A DNA stretch of 64,000 bases from an uncultured Collinsella sp. (GTDB lineage: Bacteria; Actinomycetota; Coriobacteriia; Coriobacteriales; Coriobacteriaceae), in the NCBI GenBank assembly GCA_938011935.1, contig CALLSU010000069.1:7106-71105 (forward strand), read 5' to 3'. Below, piece after piece: positions 23,928 to 32,222 of the stretch. A model generated the notes under the pieces. It saw nothing but the letters and a program-made list of their open reading frames with translations. It was not told where the DNA came from and ran no database searches. Position numbers and translations under genes: made by a program. The first letter of the stretch is position 1; each line of letters begins with the position of its first letter.

Positions 23928-24293
23928 CTAGTAGGTGCTATAGACAAATTGCCATTTATCAGTTGTGCCAAGAACACCACAGGAGCACATTGCAGCGAGG
24001 CGGGATTCCCTATGATGCGCGGATCGGCGATAGCCATTTCGGTAGGAGATCGTCTTGTAAGAGATGTTGAACATCGAGATGCTGTGCCCGCTTACGCCGC
24101 GAGGACAGCTGTAGCTCCAGTAGGTATCGACGACGTCGTCCGTATACCCGAGGGGCTCAACGAGGGCACACTGGCTGCTCTCCTGGGAAGGAGGCATCGG
24201 GGTATCCGCAAAAGCGGGGGCTCCCGGCAGCAACAGACAAAGAGCGAGGCCGAGGAAAACCAAGAGCTTACACGACTTAACAGTACTGAACAT
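23928..24293 (-). CDS. Small Sec-secreted Cys-containing protein (candidate exported peptide or bacteriocin precursor)
   Basis: Signal peptide ending AFA|D; four Cys in the mature part; GAGAGG RBS; first gene of the ABC operon. Confidence 0.65.
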   Translation of the reverse strand: MFSTVKSCKLLVFLGLALCLLLPGAPAFADTPMPPSQESSQCALVEPLGYTDDVVDTYWSYSCPRGVSGHSISMFNISYKTISYRNGYRRSAHHRESRLAAMCSCGVLGTTDKWQFVYSTY

Positions 24294-24413
24294 AATCCTC
24301 TCCAATCTAGAGGGGTTTCGGTTGCAGCATGCTGTGATTACTTGCCTGCAAAGTCAATTTAACATAAACTGTTAAAAAGTAACCTGAGTTTTTTAAATTC
24401 TTCGGAGGTTATT

Positions 24414-24926
24414 ATGAGTTCCGACAATCGCACTCCCCGGCTTCATTCCTTCCGCATCGCATGTGCGATAGCCTCTGCGACCCTTTGCGCCACCGCCATC
24501 GCACAAGTGGCGTTCTCCTTAAAGCCAGCAATCGAAGTGCTCGACAACCCTGTAATTGCAGACTCCCCCGCGTATCCAGCCCTTGCGATCTCGACATTGG
24601 TCCCTGCCGTCATCGGTATCGCTACGACCATCCTCAGCGCCGTTCTCGTGTGGACGATCAAGAGCGGAGACCCCTTCAAGAAAGGGTCTGCGACATGCTT
24701 GAAGGTGCTCGGCATTCTCTTCGTTGTTCAAGCTGCCACCAGCCTCTACGCCGGCTCACTCAAAACCTCCGTTTCGATGTTTGGCGGCGAGGGGGCCGTC
24801 GGCGCCCAAGAGATCGCTTCATCATTCGATTGGACCTCTCTGGTTCTCGGCATCGTCCTGTTCATGCTTTCCCAGCTCTTCTTGTACGCCCGAGAGCTGT
24901 ACCTCGACTCCGACGAGATTGCGTAA
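24414..24926 (+). CDS. DUF2975-like membrane protein
   Basis: TM helices, GDPF motif, C-terminal F.YARELY.DSDEI; GGAGG RBS; followed by a small HTH gene as is typical for this family. Confidence 0.7.
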   Translation: MSSDNRTPRLHSFRIACAIASATLCATAIAQVAFSLKPAIEVLDNPVIADSPAYPALAISTLVPAVIGIATTILSAVLVWTIKSGDPFKKGSATCLKVLGILFVVQAATSLYAGSLKTSVSMFGGEGAVGAQEIASSFDWTSLVLGIVLFMLSQLFLYARELYLDSDEIA

Positions 24927-24935
24927 GGAAACGCC

Positions 24936-25187
24936 ATGCCCGTAATTGTTCGCCTCGACAAGATCATGGCCGAGCGAAAGATTTCCTCGAACGAACTTGC
25001 CGAAAGGATTGGAACCACGCCCGTGAACCTGTCCCGTATTAAAAAAGGGCATATTCGCGGCATTCGCTTCAACACACTCGAGCAGCTATGCCTCGCCCTT
25101 CGTTGCCAACCCGGAGACCTTCTCGAAGTCATGAGCGAAGAGGATGCCCGAAAGGAGTTCGGACTCGATTGGTCCGCCGAGGATTAG
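24936..25187 (+). CDS. XRE/Cro-C1 (YozG-like) HTH regulator
   Basis: IVRLDKIMAERKISSNELAERIG..NLSRIK.G..GIRFNTLEQLC.AL.CQPGDLLE. Confidence 0.9.
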   Translation: MPVIVRLDKIMAERKISSNELAERIGTTPVNLSRIKKGHIRGIRFNTLEQLCLALRCQPGDLLEVMSEEDARKEFGLDWSAED

Positions 25188-25913
25188 AGGGCGGTCGTAC
25201 TCGCCCTGCACACGGGGATGCGAATCGGCGAGGTCTGCGGCCTTCGGTGGTGCGATGTGGATTTCGAGACGGGCCTGATCTCGATCAGACACTCGGTGGC
25301 GTACGCGAAGGGAATGGGTTCGTTCATCAAGGACACCAAGACCCATGACGCCAGGGGTATCCCCATCGACCCGGTCGGCCTACTCCCCTTCCTGAAGGAG
25401 ACCCACGAGATCGACTGCGGAAAGCTGCGCTTGCGCGGCCTTACCGGGGCGGTCGAGATCGGGGACTGCTACATCCTGTCGGAGCCGGGCGCGACCTTCG
25501 CGACGACAAGCTATATCCGCAGGGCGTTCAAGACGTTCTCGGAGACCAACGGCCTCATGGGCACCAACGACGAGCTGATCACGTTCCACGGCCTTCGCCA
25601 CACGTTCGCAACGCAGTGGATCCGCCAAGGCGGCGATATCAAGGCGCTCCAATCGATCCTCGGCCACAAGGACGCCATGGCGACGCTCAACGTCTACGCC
25701 GACATCGAGCCCATCTCCAAAATCCATAACATGCTGCGCGCCACGCCGTGCCTTTGGCGCGGGCACCTCGGGCCGAGGGTCGATCCGGGTCCCATGTTCC
25801 AACAGAGGATCCAGGAGTCCATCGAGACGCTCCAGGCGTTCGGCTACGGCATCACCGAGCCGGACGACCGAAATATCGCCATACGCGACGTGAAGACGAA
25901 CAGTTGGCTCTAG
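25188..25913 (+). pseudogene. Tyrosine recombinase/integrase, catalytic C-terminal fragment only
   Basis: LALHTGMRIGEVCGLRW.DVD, TKT, FHGLRHTFAT, LGH, VYA; no N-terminal domains; stop codon immediately upstream in frame. Confidence 0.75.
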
Positions 25914-26309
25914 CTCACCGAGTACGCGGCAGTGCTGGGCCCATCCCAACTGAGGTCACGGTGGTCCGATAGGGGCGCCGCCCGCGGCATGCGCCGCGGA
26001 GCGGTATCCCCTACCGAAGGGCGGGGATGCCCTCCGCTTCCAGTTCGGAATCAGCCGTCGGAGGCGTTCGGCTGACTGCGGGAACGGCCTGTCCGCTCAA
26101 TGTGTTCGGCTGAGATCGGAAATCAACCCAACACGAGCCGGACACGCGCCAGACGGCTCTTCCCCGTACGGCCTTCCCCCTTACGCTCATGTTGCAGGCA
26201 TGTAACGCCGCAGCGAGCGCGCCTTTTTTGCGCCAGACAGGTACAATGATGAACACTGTACCGTAGCGGAGCGCCCCGCGCGCGCCGCAATCACGCGAAA
26301 GGGTTTCCC

Positions 26310-26597
26310 ATGGCCGAGATCTCGTCCTCCCGTATCGTCATCACCGTCCTTGGCAAGAACCGCCCCGGCATTGTCGCCGGCGTCACCCGTGTTCTGGGCG
26401 AGGCCAACGTCGACATCCGCGACATCACGCAGTCCATTATCGAGGACATCTTCACCATGACCATGCTGGCCGACACCGCCGAATCCAAGCTCGACTTCGC
26501 CGAGCTGCAGAAGGCGCTGGCCGAGGCCGGCGAGCTTTCGGGCGTCAACGTGTCCATTCAGCGCGAGGACGTCTTTAACTTTATGTACCGCCTGTAG
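26310..26597 (+). CDS. ACT-domain protein (UPF0237-like)
   Basis: VITVLGKNRPGIVAGV, IRDITQSI, QREDVFNFMYRL. Confidence 0.85.
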   Translation: MAEISSSRIVITVLGKNRPGIVAGVTRVLGEANVDIRDITQSIIEDIFTMTMLADTAESKLDFAELQKALAEAGELSGVNVSIQREDVFNFMYRL

Positions 26598-26674
26598 CGA
26601 ACAAGCCGCTCGGGGCAGCTTGACGTCATATCGTCTAAGCGCGCGGCCCCAAAGCGGACCGGAGAGGAGCGCAC

Positions 26675-28093
26675 ATGGCCTACGACGCCAAGAAAATCTA
26701 CTACCGCTTCGACGATCACCTGAGCCGCCTGGTTCTGGATTACGAGGCGAGCCGTCAGATTTCGCCCGAAAGCGAAAACCTCTACCACGGCCTGCCGACC
26801 GCCCCGTACGACGAGGGCTTGTTTGTCGAGCACAACGTCAAGCGCGGCCTGCGCAATGCCGACGGTTCGGGCGTGGTCGCGGGCCTCACTCGCATCTCGG
26901 ATGTGCATGGCTACAACAAGGTCGACGGTAAGGTCGTACCCGATCAGGGCAAACTCACGCTTCGTGGCTACTGCATCGAGGATCTGGTCAACAACGCCCA
27001 GGCCGAGAATCGCTACGGCTACGAAGAAGTCGCCTATCTGCTCATTACGGGCTCTCTGCCCACCAAGGAAGAGCTTGACGGTTTTTGCGAACGTCTGGGT
27101 GCTTTTAGGCACCTGAGCGACGAATACGTCCGCGAGTTCCCCATGACCACGGTGTCGTCGAGCATCATGAATGTGCTTCAGCGCGCCGTGCTGCTGCTCT
27201 ACGCCTTCGACGCCGAGCCCGACGCCATTACACCCGAGCACGAAATCGACGTCGCCATCTCCATGCTCGCCCGTCTCCCCCGCATCGCCGCCTTCGCGCA
27301 TATGGCCTCGGTCGCCAAGCGCCGCGGCTCCGAGGTTCATGTACCGCACCCCACACCCGGCCTCTCCACTGCCGAGACCATCCTGCAGGTCCTACGCGGC
27401 GGCATGACGTTCACTCGCGATGAGGCGATGCTGCTCGATGTGATGCTCATGTTGCATGCCGAGCACGGCGGCGGCAACAACTCCACGTTTGCCTGCCGCG
27501 TGCTGTCCTCCTCGGCCACCGATCCGTATTCCGCCTACGCCGCAGCTATCGGCTCGCTCAAGGGTCCGCGCCACGGCGGCGCCAACGCAAAGGTCGTGTC
27601 CATGCACGAGGACATCCGTGCACATGTCTCCAACTGGGAGGACGAGGACGAGGTCGCAGCCTACCTGGGCAAGATCCTCGACAAGCAGGCCTTCGACGGC
27701 ACGGGCCTCATCTACGGTATGGGCCACGCCGTCTACACACTGAGCGACCCGCGCGCCGAGGTGTGTCGCCGTTACGCGCGCACGCTTGCCGCCAAGAAGG
27801 ACTTGGGCGAGGAGTTCGCGCTCATCGAGCGCATCGAGCGCCTGGCCCCGCAGGTGATGCGCGATCACGGCATGACCAAGCCCATCTGCGCCAACATCGA
27901 CCTGTACACAGGCTTTATCTACAAGATGCTCGACGTGCCCGAGACGCTCTTTACGCCGCTATTCGCCGTCGCCCGCATGGCCGGCTGGTCGGCACACCGC
28001 ATGGAAGAGCTCTTCTGCGCGCATCGCATCATCCGCCCGGCATACCGTCCGGTAATCGAGCCGCTGGAGTACAAGCCGCTCGCCGACCGCTAG
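26675..28093 (+). CDS. gltA: Citrate synthase family protein
   Basis: LHAEHGGGNNSTF, GSLKGPRHGGAN, YGMGHAVY..DPR, ANIDLYTG, IIRPAY. Confidence 0.88.
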   Translation: MAYDAKKIYYRFDDHLSRLVLDYEASRQISPESENLYHGLPTAPYDEGLFVEHNVKRGLRNADGSGVVAGLTRISDVHGYNKVDGKVVPDQGKLTLRGYCIEDLVNNAQAENRYGYEEVAYLLITGSLPTKEELDGFCERLGAFRHLSDEYVREFPMTTVSSSIMNVLQRAVLLLYAFDAEPDAITPEHEIDVAISMLARLPRIAAFAHMASVAKRRGSEVHVPHPTPGLSTAETILQVLRGGMTFTRDEAMLLDVMLMLHAEHGGGNNSTFACRVLSSSATDPYSAYAAAIGSLKGPRHGGANAKVVSMHEDIRAHVSNWEDEDEVAAYLGKILDKQAFDGTGLIYGMGHAVYTLSDPRAEVCRRYARTLAAKKDLGEEFALIERIERLAPQVMRDHGMTKPICANIDLYTGFIYKMLDVPETLFTPLFAVARMAGWSAHRMEELFCAHRIIRPAYRPVIEPLEYKPLADR

Positions 28094-28116
28094 GACGCGG
28101 ACCGTTATAGAACTCG

Positions 28117-28155
28117 AGCGTGGCCAGGGCATCACCGCCCTCGGCCACGCTTTTT
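28117..28155 (+). terminator. Intrinsic terminator after citrate synthase
   Basis: AGCGTGGCC...GGCCACGCT followed by a T-run. Confidence 0.65.
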
Positions 28156-28180
28156 ATGCCAGCAGAAAGGGCTGCATCAA

Positions 28181-29023
28181 ATGATTGTTTTTTCCGATAT
28201 GGACGGAACGCTGTTGACGAACGATAAGCAGATGAGCGATTCCACCTGGGCGATGCTCGACGAACTCGCTCAACGCGGGATTGAATTTGTGCCCTGCACG
28301 GGACGTCCGCTGTCGGGCATCTTTGAGCCCATCCTCGCCCATCCCGCCGTGCACTATGCCGTCTGTGCCAATGGCGCCAGCGTCTGGCAGCTCGACGACG
28401 ATATGCCCAACGATGTCTCGCGCGCCACGCGCATATTGAGCCGTCCGCTCGATTGCGGCATCGCCCATCGCATCCATCGCATCGCCGCCGGCCACGATGT
28501 GACCTTCGATATCTTCGCGGACGGGCAGTGCTTCCTCCCCCGCTCGCTCTACACGCGCCTGGACGAATTCTGCGGCGGCGACCCCCACATCGCGGCTTCG
28601 CTCAAGCGCACACGAACACCGATCGACATGGATATCGACAGCAAGATCGACGAGGTCGAAACGCTCGAACGCATCGCCATGTACTGGCACGACCCGGCCG
28701 ATCGCGATGCCATCGCGGCTGAGCTCGACACGCTCGGAGGCATTGAGGTCACGCGTTCGTACGCCATGAATATCGAGGTCATGGGCGAGGGCGCCACCAA
28801 GGGAACGGCCCTCACGTGGCTATGCGAGCACCTGGGCGAGTCTCTCGCCGACGCCTGGGCGTTCGGCGACAACATCAACGATATCCCCATGCTGCAGGCG
28901 GCGGGCCACGGCATGGCCATGATCAACGCCGAGCCCGAGGACCGCAAGGCCGCCGACGCCATCACCGAATACGACAACGACCACGACGGCGTCGCCCGCA
29001 CCATCATAGCCGCCCTCGCCTAG
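28181..29023 (+). CDS. Cof-type HAD hydrolase
   Basis: DMDGTLL, CTGR, TKG, AFGDNINDIPML. Confidence 0.9.
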   Translation: MIVFSDMDGTLLTNDKQMSDSTWAMLDELAQRGIEFVPCTGRPLSGIFEPILAHPAVHYAVCANGASVWQLDDDMPNDVSRATRILSRPLDCGIAHRIHRIAAGHDVTFDIFADGQCFLPRSLYTRLDEFCGGDPHIAASLKRTRTPIDMDIDSKIDEVETLERIAMYWHDPADRDAIAAELDTLGGIEVTRSYAMNIEVMGEGATKGTALTWLCEHLGESLADAWAFGDNINDIPMLQAAGHGMAMINAEPEDRKAADAITEYDNDHDGVARTIIAALA

Positions 29024-29030
29024 TCATCGG

Positions 29031-29177
29031 CTAGTCATTGGGGACGTTCTTAAATGAATAGTCATTGGGGACACTCTTCGCGAAATAGCTGCAAGCACTC
29101 ATTTAAGTCTGTCCCCAATGAGTGGTTTCACTCACTTAAGTCTGTCCCCAACTGCCGGCGCATAAGGAATGTCCCCA
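29031..29177. repeat. Cluster of about five GGGGAC/GTCCCC hairpin repeats between convergent HAD genes
   Basis: CTAGTCATTGGGGACGTTCTTAAATGAATAG; TAGTCATTGGGGACAC; CACTCATTTAAGTCTGTCCCCAATGAGTG; CACTCACTTAAGTCTGTCCCCAA; GTCCCC at 29171. Confidence 0.75.
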
Positions 29178-29186
29178 TCTGCCGGA

Positions 29187-29981
29187 TTAAGCGAGACTCT
29201 CCAGCACGCGACGGAGCTCCTGCTGGACGGCGTGGTCGCGGTTGCGACCTACGACGCGATCGGCAACCGCTTTGAGCGCAGGGCGCGCGTTTTCCATCGC
29301 ACAGCCCGTGCCGACAAAGCGAATGATCTCATAGTCGTTCATCGAGTCGCCAAACGCCATGACCTCGTCGCGTCCAATGCCGTAATGCTCCGCGAGCTGT
29401 GCGATGCCCGAGGCCTTCGACACGCCGGGCTGCATGGCATCGATCCACGCGTTGCCCGAAGGCGCAAAAGTGAAGAGCCGACCAAGTTCGCGCTGTAGTA
29501 CGTAAGCGCTGTCCATAACGACACCGTCATCGCAAAAGATACTCGCCTTGATGATATTTACGCTGGGATCGGGCAGCTCCCAAATACGCTCGGCATTGGG
29601 AAGGTCCTTATCGACCTCGCGCACGAACTTGCACTCGTCATCGAGCAGGAAGGACTTGGTTCGGTCAAAGAGCGCAAGATGCAGATTGGGAAACGTCCTG
29701 ACGGCTTGGGCGAGCCTTCGAATCGCCAGGTGGGAATACACCTCACGGTCTACCATTTTGCCGTCGGCGTAGACCTGGGCACCGTTAGCTGCGACAAAGT
29801 CCATCTTGTCGCGAACAGGCGCAAAGAACTCGCACAGGCGATCGTAGCGGCGACCTGACGATGCAGCAAAATGCACACCATGCTCGCGTAGCGCCAGAAT
29901 CAGTTCGTAGGTCTCGGGAGGCACCTGGCCGTTTTCGTCAAGCAGCGTGCCGTCCATATCGGATGCAATCAGTTTAAACAT
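29187..29981 (-). CDS. Cof-type HAD hydrolase
   Basis: ASDMDGTLL, SSGR, SKASG, AFGDSMND. Confidence 0.9.
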   Translation of the reverse strand: MFKLIASDMDGTLLDENGQVPPETYELILALREHGVHFAASSGRRYDRLCEFFAPVRDKMDFVAANGAQVYADGKMVDREVYSHLAIRRLAQAVRTFPNLHLALFDRTKSFLLDDECKFVREVDKDLPNAERIWELPDPSVNIIKASIFCDDGVVMDSAYVLQRELGRLFTFAPSGNAWIDAMQPGVSKASGIAQLAEHYGIGRDEVMAFGDSMNDYEIIRFVGTGCAMENARPALKAVADRVVGRNRDHAVQQELRRVLESLA

Positions 29982-30152
29982 AGAAAAGCTCCCTTCGGGC
30001 TTGATGGAATCGAACGTGTATCCGATTCCAACGTACCCAAAGGGAGCCCAAATAAGACTCCGCGGGCGTAAACGTTACAAGGACCTGGCAAATAGTTCAC
30101 ACATGCCAGAGGCCTCACGGTCGCGGCGTCAGGCGACACGCCACCCCGACGG

Positions 30153-30183
30153 CTAGTCGTTTAAGAACGTCCCCGATGACTAG
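30153..30183. repeat. GGGGAC-loop hairpin repeat, inverted copy of 29031-29061
   Basis: Reverse complement CTAGTCATCGGGGACGTTCTTAAACGACTAG matches 29031-29061 at 28 of 31 positions. Confidence 0.75.
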
Positions 30184-32000
30184 TCGGCGTAGGTGAAGGT
30201 CGTGACGTCGAACATGCCCTCGGGGCGGATGCGGAGCGTCGGGATAACCGGCAGGGGCAGGAAGATGATGCCCATGATGGGGTCGAGCGGCGGCTCAATA
30301 CCCATGGCGCGCGCCTTGACCATAAAGTCGTCGTGCTGCGCGGCGACATCCTCGGCCGTGCCCTCGCTCATCAGACCACCAAGCGCCAGCGGAATGCGCG
30401 CCACGACCTCGCCGTTGCGCACCAGCACGTGACCACCCTGGCCCACGGCTTCAACAGCCGCCATCATATCGGCAGCGTTATCGCCCACGACGCACACGTT
30501 GTGCGAGTCGTGGCCGATCGTCGAGGCGATGGCGCCACCGGTGATGGTAAAGCCGCGCACCCAGCCGCGACCGATGTGCTTGCCGACCAGGCCCAGGCCA
30601 GCGGGGCCGTCGCCGTCGGCGCCCTCGACCTGCAGTGACACACCGCGGCCGTGACGCTCGATCAGCATAATGCGGCGCAGGCCCTCGGCGCTCTCGGGGC
30701 GAGCCATGCCCGTGATGGCCTTACCCGGCACCACGTCAATCACGGCCTCACCCGGCTTAAAGGCATAGTCGAATACGCCGAGCGAAAGCTTCGGCAGCTT
30801 AACGGAGGCGCGCAGTTCATCGGCAAGGGCCGCAACCTCGGCCATCTCGGGTGCGATCTCGCCCACAAAGGTGCCGTCCTGCGCCACCAGAGCACCGGCG
30901 GCATAAACACGATGCGGAGCCGTGGCAAACGTCAGGTCATTGAGCACCAGCAGGTCGGCACGCTTGCCCGGGGCGATCGCGCCACGGAGCTCATGCGGGT
31001 CGCGACAGCCGTGGTCCAAGCCAAATGCCTCAGCCGTGGAGAGGGACGCCATAGAGATAGCGACCACGGGGTCGATACCGGCCTCAATCGCCACGCGGCA
31101 GGCATTGTCGATCATGCCGGTCGCAAGCGCATCGGAAGGGGCGCGGTCGTCGGTCGCAAAGCAGCAGCGGCGGGCACGGGCGGGGTTTTCCAGCAGCATC
31201 GGCGACAGGTTGGCCAGATCATGGCTGCACGTACCTTCGCGCAGCATCACATACATGCCGCGGGACAGCTTGTCGAGTGCCTCCTCGGGAATCGTCGACT
31301 CATGATCAGCGATAATGCCAGCCGCGGCATAGGCGTTGAGGTCCTTGCCGGCAACGAGTGGGGCGTGACCGTCAACCTGTTTGGACGGCGTCTGGTTGGC
31401 AGCGTCGATACGAGCACAGGTCTCGGGATCGGCCATAAAGACGCCCGGCAGGTTCATCATTTCGCCCAGACCAAAGACATCACCCGGATATTCGGCAAAA
31501 AACGCCTGCATATCGGCAGCGGTGATGACGGCACCGGCCTGCTCGTCGGGCAGTGCGGGCACGCACGAGGGCATCATGTACTTGATGGAGATGGGCGCGC
31601 GACGACCGTCCTCGACCATAAAGCGCAGGCCGTCCAGGCCAGAAACGTTGGCGATCTCGTGGCTGTCGGCAATGGCAGTGGTGGTGCCGCGCGTCGCCGC
31701 CATGCGCGCATACTCGGCGGGACGGATGTTCGAGGACTCAATGTGCAGATGTCCGTCAATAAAACCGGGGGCAAGATAGCGGCCCTGGCAATCGATGACC
31801 TCGGCAGCCTCATACGTACCGGCGGCATCGTCGCGACCGTCGTAGAGCACACCGACGATCACGCCATCCTTGACGGCAACGCTACCGGGCGCTACGCGCT
31901 GGCCGTACACATCGACGATCTGTGCGTTGGCAAACAGCGTGTCGACGGGCACGCGCCCCTCGGCAGCATCGATCACAGACCTCATGACCTCAACGGACAT
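30180..32000 (-). CDS. ade: Adenine deaminase
   Basis: PGFIDGHLHIESS, HEIANV, GLGEMMN, DGHAP, ATDDR, GHDSHN; start trimmed to ATG 32000 (AAGGAG RBS). Confidence 0.9.
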   Translation of the reverse strand: MSVEVMRSVIDAAEGRVPVDTLFANAQIVDVYGQRVAPGSVAVKDGVIVGVLYDGRDDAAGTYEAAEVIDCQGRYLAPGFIDGHLHIESSNIRPAEYARMAATRGTTTAIADSHEIANVSGLDGLRFMVEDGRRAPISIKYMMPSCVPALPDEQAGAVITAADMQAFFAEYPGDVFGLGEMMNLPGVFMADPETCARIDAANQTPSKQVDGHAPLVAGKDLNAYAAAGIIADHESTIPEEALDKLSRGMYVMLREGTCSHDLANLSPMLLENPARARRCCFATDDRAPSDALATGMIDNACRVAIEAGIDPVVAISMASLSTAEAFGLDHGCRDPHELRGAIAPGKRADLLVLNDLTFATAPHRVYAAGALVAQDGTFVGEIAPEMAEVAALADELRASVKLPKLSLGVFDYAFKPGEAVIDVVPGKAITGMARPESAEGLRRIMLIERHGRGVSLQVEGADGDGPAGLGLVGKHIGRGWVRGFTITGGAIASTIGHDSHNVCVVGDNAADMMAAVEAVGQGGHVLVRNGEVVARIPLALGGLMSEGTAEDVAAQHDDFMVKARAMGIEPPLDPIMGIIFLPLPVIPTLRIRPEGMFDVTTFTYAD

Positions 32001-32160
32001 ACATACTCCTTTAACCGTAGAAAAAAGCTGCGGAGCGGACAGACCTTCACCGCAGCAAGCCAATAGCCATTGTATGCCCAAAAGAAAGTCCCGCTAACAC
32101 CCCTTCCGCTTAACGGCACCGCCAAATGATCCCTCCGTCCCCAAGGGATCGTCGTAACCA

Positions 32161-32194
32161 AAAAGGCCGCAGTCGGGATTCCCGGCTGCGGCCT
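32161..32194 (-). terminator. Intrinsic terminator after tyrS
   Basis: AAGGCCGCAG...CTGCGGCCTT, followed by TT on the minus strand. Confidence 0.7.
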
Positions 32195-32222
32195 TACTGC
32201 ACTTGTGAGGTCAACTCGCTCG

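Larger units (their letters stand above)
18881..26141. mobile_element. Accessory island (peptide/ABC exporter cargo plus truncated tyrosine integrase)
   Basis: Integrase fragment at the right end; codon style visibly different from flanking housekeeping genes; ACACGAGC(T/C)GG direct repeat at 18881 and 26131. Confidence 0.5.

Noticed and set aside
25914..26300. tRNA or tmRNA integration target beside the integrase fragment
   Set aside because: No cloverleaf or T-arm consensus could be found
29031..29177. CRISPR array
   Set aside because: Units occur in both orientations with irregular spacing, consistent with REP-like clusters
32001..32100. Canonical purine riboswitch upstream of ade (TTTCTAC is present)
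   Set aside because: The three-stem junction and conserved loop sequences are missing; kept only as a candidate attenuator
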